64,000 bases of DNA from Felis catus (taxonomy: Eukaryota). Every line of letters starts with the position of its first letter. The stretch's first letter is position 1. The stretch is taken from the NCBI RefSeq assembly GCF_018350175.1, contig NC_058368.1, forward strand, positions 232,502,001 through 232,566,000, written 5' to 3'. The notes beneath the pieces were generated by a model. That model ran no database searches, had not been told where the DNA came from, and was given only the letters and a program-made list of their open reading frames with translations. Made by a program: the position numbers and the translations under genes. This document shows, one piece after another, positions 25,199-38,500 of the stretch.

Positions 25199-26110
25199 TA
25201 ACTGAACGCCCTTTTAGACCTGTCACCAAAATATCTGCTTTAGTCCACATTCAAACACTTCAGGCGGATGTAGTTTCCCCTATTCTACAGGCAAGAGAAC
25301 AGGACAAGAGAGCAGCCTGGCACGTGTCAGGTGGCCCAGAGGAGATCAAGTAGACGGGGAACCTGATCTAAGGCTGACATCCAAAGACGTTCCTTCTGTC
25401 TCACACCGTGGGGCCCTCGATGCAATCAGTGAACGACCAAGTGAGTCTCATCTCTTCCCTTGTCCCATTATGCCACCTGCATCCATCCCAACGATCATTT
25501 ACACTCTTTCTTTGGCTTTTGTTGAACGTCATCTGACTGCGTGTCAACGTGGGCTCTTTTTCACACAGCCTGATGGCACTGAGATGGTGTGGATGACAAT
25601 AAATACTTTCCAGACTTGGCCTCTGGCCTCTGAAATATATTAGGAAAACTTACAACTAACATTTTCTGAAAATACGTCTGAGGGATAGGTTTATAACCAT
25701 GTAAATTAATGAGAAGAGTATACTATATTTTATAATATAATAGTAGGTATTTTCATTGTGTGTGTCTACAGTCACACAGAATACCAATGCCTACAGGAGA
25801 ATGATTTCACTTTTTCTGGCTTAAAACCCTCTTTAGTCCCTCCCAGCAGGACCCCTCGCAAAGGTGAGCAGACCTCAACGGGGAGAGGCTGTGTGGAATG
25901 GAGAGAGGACAGCAGAGCAGTGTGAGAAGCAGAGCCACTGTCCACACTATAGAGCACAAGGTGGAGGGCTTTGTGGGAGCCCGGCAGGAACCCAGGGAAG
26001 CTCTTGAAGGACATCGGTTGACTTAAGACAGGGTCGGTCACCAGATAGATGAGAGGTGTAGAAGTGAACGCAATTGGCTGTTTTTCCTCAAACATCAAAG
26101 GCACAATGTC

Positions 26111-26290
26111 GGGGCACCTGGGTGGCTGAGTTGGTTGGGCGTCCAACTCTTGGTTTCGTCTCTGGTCACGGTCTCATGGTTCTGAGATGAGCCCCATGTT
26201 GGGCTCTGTGCTGACAATGTGGAGCCTGTTTGGGATTCTCAATCCTTCTCTCTCTCAAAATAAATAAATAAATAAACATTTTTTTTTAAG
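26111..26290 (+). mobile_element. CAN-SINE
   Basis: TSD aaggcacaat. Confidence 0.92.
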
Positions 26291-26322
26291 AAGGCACAAT
26301 TCCATTTAGAGCACAGTAGTCC

Positions 26323-26537
26323 TTTTAAAAAATTTTTTTAAATGCTTATTTATTTTTGAGAGAGAGATAGCACAGGGAGGGGAGAGACAGAGAGAGAGGG
26401 AGACACAGAATCTGAAACAGGCTCCAGGCTCCGAGCTGTCAGCACAGAGCCAGACGTGGGGCTTGAAGCAATGAACCATGAGATCACAACCTGAGCCAAA
26501 GTCGGACGCTCAACTGAGTGAACCACCCAGGCACCCC
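26323..26537 (-). mobile_element. CAN-SINE
   Basis: Reverse body ending aaccacccaggcacccc. Confidence 0.93.
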
Positions 26538-26547
26538 AGACTAGACC

Positions 26548-26739
26548 TTTTTTTTTTTTTTTAATATTTATAGGGGCACATGGGTGGCTCAGTTGGTTAA
26601 GCATCTGACTTCAACTCAGGCCATGATCTCAAAGTTTTTGAGTTTGAGCCCCACATCCGGCTCTGTGCTGATAGCTCACAGCCTGGATCCTTCCTCAGAT
26701 TCTGTGTCTCCCTCTCTCTCTGACCCTCCCTCCCTCACT

Positions 26740-26775
<36 letters not shown>

Positions 26776-26975
26776 CCAAAAATAAACATTAAACAACATT
26801 TTTAAAACATGATTTTAGAGAGCAAGCATGTGGGGGAGGGGCAGAGGGAGAGAGAGACAATCCCAAGCAGGCTCTTCACTGTCAGCCCAGAGCCCAACCT
26901 CACAAACCATGGAATCATGACCTGAGCCAAAATCAAGAGTCAGACGCTTAACCGTCTGAGCCACCCAGGCGCCCC
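26548..26975 (-). mobile_element. CAN-SINE whose tail is split by another SINE
   Basis: polyT at 26548-26562, body at ~26810-26975; flanked by ga(c/g)tagacctt. Confidence 0.85.
26573..26808 (+). mobile_element. CAN-SINE nested in opposite orientation
   Basis: ggggcacatgggtggctcagttggttaag head, (CT)n, tail. Confidence 0.92.
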
Positions 26976-28209
26976 AGAGTAGACCTTCTCAGAGGCAGCA
27001 TGTTGATAAGAAAAAGCAGGTGGCAAAGCCATAAGCACTACCTTTCCTCCCATTTCTTATGTTCGCCTTTTTTCTCTAACTGGGAGGAGGATTGTATGGT
27101 GAGGCACCAATTGCCTTCGTGTCATCTTCTACCTCCTAGCACGTCACCTTTATTGTTGGCAATGTAAACATCCAGATAGATGAGCTTTTAAAAGGGGTCC
27201 CTTGGTGCACTGGAATGTCACAGGCGTGCCAAGCGGGTGACCTCCTCAGGCTTCAGGATGGCATCCGCTTACCCAGCGTGCTGTGCACAGAGGTGTCTTT
27301 CTTCTAGGTGTGCCATGATGTGGGAAGGTTTGGGAGGCCTCCAAAACCCCAATGTCTTTCTTCCTCTTCTCAAATCCAACCTTCTTTCCCAATGTTTCCA
27401 TCTCAGCAAATTTGTAACCATTGTCCTCATTAGAAACTGCACCATGATGACACTTTGTCACCTACTTCCTGTCCTCCCAGCTCACCTACCCAAGAGCTGC
27501 TGCCTCAAACTGCACAGGCATTACCATGGTGGTCGCTGTCTGGCACCCCCTCGTATCCCAAGCTCCTCCTTGGCCAGCCCAGATGATCTGGTCTGGTGCC
27601 ACAATGAGCACTTCACAAATGTCTGTGGCAACGTCTCATTTTTCTCATTCTGTCATAGTCACGTAGCAAATTCTCAGTAATCACCAGTGTGGATTGGACC
27701 AAGCCATCTACCTTCTCAGCAGATGCATGTGAATAGAAGGGGAAAAGTCACAAAATCCCACTGACTGATTTCACTTTACATGTAAAACCATGCATCTCAA
27801 AGGCACCATCCACATAGCCTGCCGGTTCAACACTTTCCTTGTGAAGGGACTTTCTTGTGTCCTGTGTCCTATGTCCTTTACTCCTTTCACACTTCTGACA
27901 CTGTCTCCCTCCCTCCAGTCCTGGAAGATGGCTGTGCTTCCTGCTTTATGGATCATGAAGATACGGCCAGGTAAGAACCACCTCATTTTCCCACTCTCCT
28001 CTGTATAAAACTACCAGCATCAATTCTCACACATGGTGCCCCAAACCTGTTAGAATGGAGGTTTTCTAGAAGCCTCTGCTCTCTTGTGGATCTGATTCCC
28101 TCTTCTACTCAGACTTGCTTTCTATATTTTTTCCTCTCTACCACATTCTCAATATTTCTCTCTCTAACACCTCGTATAAATATCATCTTAAAAATAAGCC
28201 CATAAACAT

Positions 28210-28583
28210 TGTCTTAGTCAACTCTGGCTGCAATAACAAAACACCATAGACTGGGTGGCTTAAGCGCTAGATACTTATTCTCACAGTTCTGGAGCCTGGA
28301 AAGTCTAGGGTTAAGATGCCAGCTGATTCAGTTCTGGGTGAGGGTCCCTCCTGGCTTCCAGATGGCCACCCTGTCACTATATCTCCACACGGGGGAGAGA
28401 AGAGTTGTGGCATGTCTTTTTCTTCTTATAAGGGCACTAATCACATCATGGGGACTCCACCTTCATGACTTCACATAATTACTTCACTAATTCCCTCCCA
28501 GAGGCTCCACCTCCTAATACCATCACGTTGGAGATTAAGTCTTCAGAATACAGATTTTCAAGGGACATAGTCAGTCCATAGCA
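28210..28583 (-). mobile_element. MLT1-family (ERVL-MaLR) solo LTR
   Basis: tgtcttagtc...gctgcaataacaaaacaccatagactgggtggcttaa...cagtccatagca. Confidence 0.85.
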
Positions 28584-28599
28584 CATTCCTCACCACAAT

Positions 28600-28990
28600 G
28601 ACATCCTGCAGCCACTGTTCTTTTTCTGTGCTGTCAGCCATCGCCAACATGAAGTAGGCTTGTCTACCTTGCTATTCTGAGCTATCTAAACCTCCCACTT
28701 CTCATTAGCTCGTCAGCAAATCCCAAGTAGATTTTCTTCCTCCCTTTCAAGGTCTCCATTGATCACCATCTTACCAAACCCAATGGTCAGTTTCTTCAAC
28801 ATTTGACTTCATTTTCTCTCCTGAACCACTTCTTCTTTCGGCTTGCCTGAGACCTCTTCTCTTGGTTTTCCCTGTTTTCACTGGCCAGATGCTAAGAGGC
28901 TTTTCTGCTTACTCCAACCCCTCAGAAAACCTCTACATGGTTGTGTCACCTGGGGTTCAGACCTGGCCTTCTTCTCTCGTAGGAAATCAC
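28600..28990 (+). mobile_element. LINE-2 remnant between the MLT1 elements (continues ~29345-29500)
   Basis: aaggtctccattgatcacc...aaacccaatggtcagtt...tctcttggttttcc resembles L2. Confidence 0.55.
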
Positions 28991-28998
28991 ATTGTATC

Positions 28999-29345
28999 TG
29001 TTCTGGACTGGATGTGTCCTTCTGGAATCCGTGTGTTGAAATCCTAATTCCCAATGTGATGCTATTATTAGGAAGCGGGTCTCTGGGGAGGTGATTGTGT
29101 CATGAGGGTGGAGTCCCCATGGTGGGATTAGTATCCATTTAAGAAGACATGACAGCCTGCTCTTTTTCTGCTCTCCTTATCCAAGGGAAAATAGAATGAG
29201 AAGTCAGCTGTCTGTGGACCAGGAGGGGGCCATTACCAGCTCCAGGCCAGCACGGCCTTCCAGCCTCCAGAACTGTGAGAAACAAATGCTTGTTGTTTCA
29301 GGCATTCATTCCATGGTATTCTGTTACAGTAGCCTGAACTAAGAC
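28999..29345 (+). mobile_element. MLT1A-like (ERVL-MaLR) solo LTR
   Basis: tgttgaaatcctaattcccaatgtgat...gtcatgagggtggag...ccagcctccagaactgtgagaaac...gaactaagac. Confidence 0.85.
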
Positions 29346-31989
29346 GCTCTCCAATGACTTGAATGCTTTCTGTGTGGGCATCAAATACTGTCTCCCTATT
29401 GGTAACTTCTCCAGCCTGGACCTCTTCTGTGAGCCCTGGACCAAAGCATCAAACTGCCCCCTGATGTCTCCACTGTAATGTCCTCCTGACATCTGGAATG
29501 GCCACAGGCAGCAGTCACATGATATCAGGATAAAGCAAACATACGCTGCTGTATAATTATACCACTGAGATTGATTGTATCAGCTTACATTTGATAAGGT
29601 CATGCCCAGTGGGAGGATGTGGGAAGCAAGTCCACAATAACTAGATGATTCAATCTGGTGGTGGGGAGGTTGAGAATATGGGCTGAGGTAGTTCAAGAGC
29701 AGAGGTAAATACAGGCTAATGAGAACTGGGGCCTATTTGAAAGGCCTACAGCTCTCAGGGCGTCGCCAAACCTGAGTTCCATAGCAACATCTTCAAGTCA
29801 TTAAGGAAGGGGAGAATTATGTTTGCTCTGTTTAATTTAAACAATTAACCTGGCAATGTTTTTGACACTGGTAATGCAAAGAGGGTATGTTTTCACTATA
29901 TTTAAAATTATCTAGCTCATCTTAGTGTATAAAAATCAAGATAATGCAAACATTCCTGCTTTTGACCGACTTTCATTTAGCAACAGATTTATTAATCACG
30001 AAAACTTTATTAGAAATTGAGTCAGATTGTCTTCCCCACCAGCTGGAAAGAACAGATATCTTTCTAAACGTGTTCCTCAATAAATCATCTTTTTGGAGGT
30101 CGGACTGGGTTTCTCTACCATTCCTCTCGCACTGCCTCCCTTTTTGATTTCCTGGGATATGGTGACAAACTGATGTAATTTCATTAGCTGCCCGAAAGCA
30201 AACCTAAGTAAATATTAAGGAGAAAGTTTATAGTGAGATATTTGAGTGTAGCTTTTGATAGGGTCAGTTAATGCACATTTTGGGGGGCGAAAACAAGGGG
30301 GTATAAACATTACATTGAGCCCTCAAATGTTCTCCAAGCACTTAGATGTAGCAGTGGCTTCAAAGAGCACAAAGCAATAGCATTTCACTTTTGAATGCCT
30401 GCACCTATCACCATGAAATCTATAAAATAGTCCTATAATATAGATGCATAAACACCGACTGCCCAATCTACACTAGTCAGAAACACAATAGGTGGCTGAG
30501 GGTGTTACAAGCCTCGGGACACCAGGTGTCAGTTCTAGCAAAGAAGAGGAATTTAGACTTGGTTAGTGGCACATGGACCCCCCAAGAACCCAAATCATTG
30601 ACATCACACAAAGGAACACGATGGGAAATGCGGTCTCATTACAAAGTGTCTCTGCAGTCTGACAACTGAGCGGCAGTGACTCATCTGGTCACTTGGACTT
30701 CCTGGATGGCCCAGAGTCGGTGGCTGTAATGTGAAGGAACCTGGCATTACTGCCTCTCACTGTCAGCTGTTCCCCCTCTCGCTTGGGATGCCCATGTACC
30801 TGTCCTTCTATGCAGGCACGTTACCCCAGCAAGGACCACCATCCCTTTGATGACAATGCCTGAGACATCGTACACTTGGAGTGAAGGAGGGTTGCGTCTA
30901 ACGTGGGGATTTCAGGCAAGGACCTACTTTTATAAATTAGATTGTGAAGCGACATTCATGGACTACATTTGATTTAAAAAACGGGATTTTTTAAATTGGA
31001 AGTATAAGCAGAGCAGAGAATCGACTCATTTATCGATACTTTTGTGTCATAGTTGTTATTCTAATTCTACTGACAACCATATGTAGAGACACTCCAAATA
31101 GCCCCAGAAAGACATTTTATCTTAAAAATAGTTAACATTGTCTCAAGTAGGCTGGATAACATTATGAAATACAGACAATGTAAGGACATTAGCGTTCATC
31201 AGGAAAACTTTTTAACTTCAGTGAATCTCCATTGGGATAGCAGTTAAGTTGGATGTCTGAAAACATGTGTATCACCAAATAGTAACGTTAAAATAGCACC
31301 TCTGCAGTCTATAATAATGGGAGAGCAGCTTTAAAAAGCTCCCAGAACTTTAACATAAAGTATCTATCTTCAAAATACATGTTATTGTCATATTTGATTT
31401 AAGATCATAAGTCACCTGCTTAAAATGTGACACTGAAACCCAGTAGAAAATTCAAAAACCCCTCATTCTTGACTTCTCATTCTTTGTAGTTTTGTTATAG
31501 ATGCCACTGCTTCTAAATATGGAAGATTTCCAAGAAAATATCCTTTTGAAAGTACTTTGTTCTTTTTAATTTTATAAACAAGTTTCGTAATAGGAAACTG
31601 GCTGCAACGGGTATATTAAACAAAGGAATACTTTTGATGTGTAATTTTCAGCTGGTGACTTATAAAGCCTCAGCACAGGAAATTAGAAGAAGGAAGTATT
31701 TGGGTTTAAAAAAAAAACAACAAACTTACATAGACCATATGTATCCACTGACTTAACCAAGCAAAGGATTACTTTCTTCTGTTTGTGTTTATCACCATGT
31801 TTAACGAGTTCTTAACTGGAAGAAGCAAATGAACACTTACCAATTGAAGTAGAGAAAACATTTTATATTTAGAAGGATTTAAGAATATCTTATATACCAG
31901 TGGAGAAAATATGGAATAAGACCAGGAACCATGTAAACATCTAATGTATATATGAGAGATATATTCAGATTTCAAAAATATTCTATACA

Positions 31990-32725
31990 CTTCCTCAAAA
32001 AATTAAAAATAGAATTAGCATATGATCCTACAATTCCCTATGAAGGATTCTATATCTGAAGGAAATGAAATCACTATCTTGGAAAAATGTCTGTACTCCT
32101 ATGTTCCTTGCAACATTATTCATAAAGCCTAGACGTGGAGATAACCTAATTGCTTATGGATAGATGAACTGATAGAGAAAATGTGGGGTGTGTGTGTGTG
32201 CGTATTATTATTTTGGAAGTAATATTATTCGGCCATAAAAAAAGGAAATCTTGCCATTTGCAACAACTTAGACGGACCTTGAGGGCATTCTGCTAAGCAA
32301 AATAAGCCAGATGGAGAAAAATAAATACTATATAATCTGATTTTATATGGAATCTAAAAAAAGCAGAACTGGTAGAAACAGAGACGAGAATGGTATTTGC
32401 CAGGGTGAAGGGTTGGGGAAATGGGGAGCCATTGGTCAAACAGTACAAACTTCCAGTTGTAAGATGAATAAGTTCTGGGGATCTAATGTACATTATGGTG
32501 CCTACAGGCAACGGTTCTTTGTACCTGAAAGTTGCTAAGAAAGTGGATCTTAAATGTTCTCACTGCAGGCAAAAATGGCAATTCTGTTATGTGACAGAGG
32601 TGTTAACCGGCCATATAATGGTAATCACTTTGCATTATGTATATGTGTCAAATCATCACACTGTGTAGTTTAAACTTATATAATGTTATACGTCAGATAT
32701 ATATCAATAAAGGTGGAGGGAAAAA
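31990..32725 (+). mobile_element. LINE-1 3' end (L1MA/L1MB-like)
   Basis: cctcaaaaaattaaaaatagaatta...aaggaaatcttgccatttgcaacaac...tatatcaataaagg. Confidence 0.92.
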
Positions 32726-32837
32726 TTGAGTGCTTCACAGTTTCCCAGCTACTTTATCAAATATTTGAAATAAACACTTGAAAACTCTGTTCCCTCTCAG
32801 TGTTTGGCATTGTTTATCTACCTTACCTATCAACTGC

Positions 32838-32838
<1 letters not shown>

Positions 32839-32871
<33 letters not shown>
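32839..32871. repeat. (GA)n microsatellite
   Basis: Direct observation. Confidence 0.97.
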
Positions 32872-32875
<4 letters not shown>

Positions 32876-33316
32876 AACAGAAGGTGAAGGACATCACAGA
32901 GGAATATAAACAGATCTTAAGTGAAGAAAAAAAAATCTTAGAACTATCTCATGCTATCATCACTAAAAGATCTTTTCAATGCCCCCACAGATAAAATGAT
33001 GACATTTTCTTTTAGTAATTTACATACGGACAATATCAGAGTTGAAAATCTTTTCCTGGGGCTCTCACTCCTCAAATAGACCCTCCTAGGTGATATGAGC
33101 CTCTTTGGTATTTGTGTTACATAACCAAGACAATAAAAAACAGTGACAAGGGAAACATCAAAAAGCCAAAATAACATAATTCATTCACATGTGGATTTCT
33201 AGATCCATTTTCTTAACCACCAATGTATTTGCACTAGTATACAAAATGCCCGTTTTGCTTCTTTCTGTCTGGTTTTGTTTTAAGACATATCCTTTCCTAA
33301 AAAGACTTAAGGAGCC

Positions 33317-33825
33317 TGTGGCAGATTGTGAAATTGACCAGAATTCTTCATGTCTCTCTGCATTCGTGCCCCCCTCCATGTAGCTTTCCACACCCCCTTC
33401 TTCAAGAGGTGGACTGTACTGCTCTACCCCTCAATTCTGCCCTGGTCTCATGGCATACTTTGGCTAACAGGATTGGGTACAATGAAGGTGAGCTGGTTCC
33501 AAACCCAGCCCTCAAGAGATCTTGTACACTGTGCTCACTCTCTTGGAAATTGCCCCTTCCACCTAATCAGCCTCTGACTACACGTTTGGATGATAAGAAT
33601 ACTTGCCCCAGTCACCTCTTATTGGTCAGCCGACAGCTAACTCCCAAGCGTACAAATGAGATCATCTGGCCCAGCCCGTACCTGACCATCTCTGTAGCTC
33701 AACACAGATGTGTGTGAGCCAGTCCAGCCAAGACCAGCAGAGTTATTAGAATGAGCCAGGTCTAAATTGCTCACTCACAGAATCATGAGCCAAACCAACG
33801 ATGGTTCTTGTTTTAAGTGGTTTTT
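33317..33825 (+). mobile_element. Old MLT1-family LTR
   Basis: tgtggcagattg...aagaggtggac...ccagccaagaccagcag...cacagaatcatgagc...tgttttaag. Confidence 0.7.
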
Positions 33826-33826
33826 A

Positions 33827-33830
<4 letters not shown>

Positions 33831-33864
<34 letters not shown>
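33831..33864. repeat. (GT)n microsatellite
   Basis: Direct observation. Confidence 0.97.
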
Positions 33865-33866
<2 letters not shown>

Positions 33867-34062
33867 TTTGTTACACACAGGTAGCCAGTTGGCTTATCGG
33901 TTTACAAAGATACATGTGGTGCAATGAGATTAAATACTTTAAAAATAAGTAGCAGAGATGAACAGTAAAGAAAACTAGTACATAGAATCTGTAAAATTAA
34001 AGTTTGTGTCAGTTTTCTAATGAGGAGAGATGATCAGAATTACTTTAAAATGTGACCCAACA

Positions 34063-34295
34063 GAGGCGCCCAAGTGGCTCAATCAGTTAAGCTTCTGACT
34101 TCAGCGCAGGTCACGATCTCATGGTTCACGAGTTTGAGCCTTGCATGGGGCTTCATGCTGACAGTGTGGAGCCTGCTTGGGAGTCTCTGTCTCTCTGTCT
34201 CTCTGTCTCTCTGTCTCTTTGTCTCTCTGCTCCTAGATTGCTTGTGTGCACACAAGCTCTCTCTCTCAAAATAAACAAGTGTACTTAAAAAAAAA
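34063..34295 (+). mobile_element. CAN-SINE (outer element of a nested pair)
   Basis: Outer TSD ttaaaatgtgacccaaca at 34045-34062 and 34556-34573. Confidence 0.92.
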
Positions 34296-34304
34296 CATAA
34301 AATA

Positions 34305-34542
34305 GGGGCGCCTGGGTGGCTCAGTCGGTTGAGCGTCCGACTTCGGCTCAGGTCATGATCTCATGGTCTGTGATTTTGAGTCCCACATTGGGCTCTGTGC
34401 TGACAGCTTGGAGCCTGGAGCCTGCTTCAGATTCTGTGTCTCCCTCTCTCTCTGCACCTCTCCTGCTCACTCTCATGCTCTGTCTCTGTTTCTCTCTCTC
34501 AAAAATAAACATTAAAAAAAAATAAAAAATAAATAAATAAAT
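34305..34542 (+). mobile_element. CAN-SINE inserted in the tail of the previous SINE
   Basis: Inner TSD aaacat(a/c)aaata at 34293-34304 and 34543-34554. Confidence 0.93.
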
Positions 34543-34749
34543 AAACATCAAATAATTAAAATGTGACCCAACATAAATTAACCAAGATTTCTCATCACCT
34601 GAATCATGTGCGAACAAATCTCGCCTCTTATTAGTAGGGTTCTTTTTGTGGTTGGACAGATACAATGATTCTGTAATTATTTTGTGTATATTGTGGAATT
34701 GAGTAAATGAGCAAATGTGAAAGAGTTATTACAATCCAGGCTTCTTGCT

Positions 34750-35520
34750 GTGGAAATAGTGAGGGGAAAATAGTAAATATACACTGGAGAACAAAAAGAT
34801 CTCAGCCAGATGGACAAAATTCGGATTACCAGTGCGAACGTGGGCATATCATCACATCTGATCCAGCTGGTCATACAAGTCACAAAGACATATCAGACAA
34901 ACTCAAATTGAGAATTTTTTTGTATATTTACTTTGAGAGAAAGAGAAAGTGTGAGTGGGGAGGGCCTGAGAGACAGGGAGGGAGAGAGAATCCCAAGCAG
35001 GATTCGTACTATAAGCATAGAGCCCGATGCGGGGCTTGAACCCACAAACCGTGAGATCAGGACCTGAGCAAAAGTTGGACGCTTAACTGACGGGACCACT
35101 CAGGTCCCCCTCAAATTGAGAAAAAAATTTATAGGTTACCTGGCCTGTATTCCAAATATCAGTCAAGAGACATTAAGAATCTGAAAAATGAAAAGAGTCG
35201 AAAGAGAGATGACAAAAAGCAATTTATAATCCGAGACTGGATCTTTCCCAGAGAAAAACAGAATCCTAAAAATGATGCTTTGGGGGCAAATGAAGGAATT
35301 AGAACATGGAATGTAGAGTAGATGAAATTAAGTCAATATGACCTTTTTTGAAGTTGATAACTATACTGTGGTTATGGATGAGAACATTATGTTCTTAGAA
35401 AACACACACTGAAGTAATCAGAGAGAAGGACACGATATTAAAAATAAAGTAAAAGACACACAACAGTATAAATATATTAGTAATAGATGAAGTAACATGA
35501 AAAATGAATGAAATGTTCTT
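34750..35520 (+). mobile_element. Old LINE-1 3'UTR (L1MC/L1ME-like), split by a SINE
   Basis: atcagacaaactcaaattgag...ggcctgta...gataactatactgtggttatg...gaaaacacacactgaagta. Confidence 0.65.
34914..35110 (-). mobile_element. CAN-SINE
   Basis: TSD ctcaaattgagaa. Confidence 0.93.
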
Positions 35521-38500
35521 TATAGATCAATTCTAGTTATCCATGATTACTGATGCACTGACACTTCCTACTAAAAATTATTTATTTAGTAAGGTGTGTA
35601 TATCGTTCGTAACTGAAATTAATCAAAGAAAATGTTATCTACTCATATAAAAGTAACAGATTTCAGTCATTTGGACAGCCATTCTCAGCTTCTCAGAAAA
35701 TACATCAATATTCTCAGTAACATTTTTTATACACTACAATGTCCCGATTTCTTTTACTTCTTTTTATTCTGTATACTGTGTACAGCTCACAGCTTGGCAT
35801 TTAACAAGTTCCAAAAATATTTTTGCTAAAGGTGCCCCATTTTACTTTTTAACCTGGTGTGGTGCTTTGCAGCGGTAACTAAATTTTACCTGGTTTAGCA
35901 AAGGTGTAAACAGTGACCGAGTCATTGAGGCAGAAACCATCGGCCCCCAACATGGTTATGTTAGTTATTTGCAAGGGATCATCCCTTAAGGCTGGCCACT
36001 GTTTGATCATCTGCAAAATGCCTACATTTCAGGAGACTCTTTATCCCTTGGAACATTCAGTCGTTGAGAATTTTAAAGAGTTTTGGTTTGATAAAAAAAA
36101 GGGAAGCCGAAGCCCTTTAAAATTATGACGGTCACAAGAATATTAAATGCAGTAACTTGAAAGTTTCAAGGGATGTCATTTTGATGAATAGTTTCCTGCA
36201 TACTTTGGGCTCCGTTGCTCTGTAGAACGTACTTATAACTACTTCTTCAGACCACCAGACTCCACTGCAGGGGGCATGCATGGTCTGCGTCCTTGTGTCT
36301 ACACTTTATAGATCCCGGTAACACCATGGCATAAATCATGAGAGTGCCAGAGCTTCTGAGTCTGAGATGTAATATTGTAAAAATAACAATTCCTCCTTTC
36401 TTGGATATTAGGTGCACTAGCAGGATATTCTGAAACTGAAATATAGAAGAGAGTGTATTTAACAAGATCATGGAGATAATGAATTGCAGGGCTTTCTTGA
36501 ATCGGGGTTGACCTGTGTTGACTGGTCCAGGCACCCCGGTGCCTTAGAGGCACAGAGGAATTGTTTTCACAACAGAAGAGGCTCCTATTTGCTCCTCTCC
36601 AAAGACATGGAGTCATAGTTGACGTTAAAGATTTTTTGGGGGGGGATGTTGCTCCAAACTTCAGGAAATACGCATTCAACACACTTTCGTTAAGTATCCA
36701 CAGTGAATCAAGTGACGTTACACGTAAACAGCAAGCGGAGTGATAGAGTCCCATACCTCAACTCACTTCGAGTCTATTAAGATGCATAAACTAGTATCTA
36801 CGCCTTGATAGAAAAGTACCCACAAATTGGGAGAAAGAAAGGCAAAGACTTATCTCTTCTCACCGTTGAGTGAAGTTATCAATTCTCTGTGACATTAATC
36901 TCTGATATGCCGTCTCATGGAAATTTATAGTCATCTGTATAAAATGCTCAGAGTTCACCAAGGAAGAGCCATTAGTTTATTTTCTCTCATTAAGCTCAAG
37001 AGAATTCTCTGCCACTACAGTCCCCCTCCTACTTATGGAAGAATTCTCTTACAGATAAAACCACTTCTTCAATTTTGCTCGCCTTCATTTATTGCCTATC
37101 TTGATGCAAGACACTCTAGTAAACAATCACTTCCCAAGTAAATGCACTTTATGTCGTACCCTCTGGTAGGAGAGTGAATGGATTCAATCTTTGTGAAGGG
37201 CAGTTTGGCAACCTGTGTCAAAGTTTCATTAGCGTGAAGGCTTTCTCCTCAACAATTGCTCTCTCAGGATTTTATGCCAAAGGCATCATGAGAACCAAAA
37301 TGGTAGACAATTTAGGTTCGAGAGGACAGAACCCTAGAGAAAAACGTGTGGAGTGATCAGCTTGCACTTTGCTTGATGTGCCCCCACCCCCACCCCACTA
37401 AGCACCTGCAAAATTCTTACCCCGCACAGGTGGGGTGCGTGAGGAGCTCTAGGTAGACCCAAGCCCAACATTCAGGAATCGCTTTTGGTAGGTTTCCAAC
37501 ATGGAGGAGATGGCAGTCGGAGCCGCGTGCCTGAGATGCGTCTGGAACTCTGGCTACATCGTGGCCTCCAAGCTCGGCATTCGGAGGCTGTGCAGCGGCT
37601 GCAGGGGAGAATCGGGGGGGGGGGGGTGGGGGTGGCAGGCAGGGGCTTCAGAATTGCAACCCGAGTTTGAGTCAGCTCAGAGCCAGCCTGGAATGAAATC
37701 GCACTCCTGAGACTACTATCCCCACTATCTCCAATGCTACCACCACGGCTGCTGCCACTGCTGCTATTTGTCCCCCCCTCCCCCGCCCCGAGTGCTGTTA
37801 CTACAACGATTGCTGTTGTCGCCGACGCTGTGACCTACTGTTGCAGACGCGACTATTGCAACTATCTCAACCACTCTCACCACCACTATGAGCACTACTA
37901 AATTCGTGTAATAATGATAAAAGCACACAGGTCATAGTGCTCACCGTGTGTCCAGCCCTATTTGCTTTGCCCATATTAACTTATTTGATCCTCACAGAAA
38001 TCCCACAAGCGGGCCCCCCTGCTGTATCACGGCTCTACCAGAGCACGACAAATACAGACATGCGTTAGATGTCACTACGGTGTATTCTTATGCAATTCCG
38101 CAATGAGGCACGAGAAAGGTGACCCAGAACAGCCTCTTGCTGAGCCACGTACCTAGTCTTGGCCAACGAGCTTTGGCTGCCTTGCCTGGCACGGCTTGAG
38201 CCAGGGGAAGATCTCCATGCTTTCTCTTGTTCTGGGCAACATGGCCGGAAGATGGTGAATATGAGTGACCCTTCAGGTCCCCCAGTGATTTTGTGGAGCG
38301 GACCCCCCCAGCTGAACAGCTCTGCAGATGTACCTCCAGCTAAAAACCCACCCCTCTTTGGTTAAGCTACTGAGACAGGGGCTTATTCGTTACTTCAACA
38401 TAGTCTGGCTTATCCAGACTAACGTAAGCCTGCATTAAAATCTGAACTTGTATCATGGGAAGGCATGCTCTAGAGCCGTTTATGAATATAAACACAAGGA

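Noticed and set aside
36258..36280. CTCF-like motif ccactgcagggggcatg
   Set aside because: Three mismatches to the core consensus; cannot be supported without PWM scoring or ChIP data.
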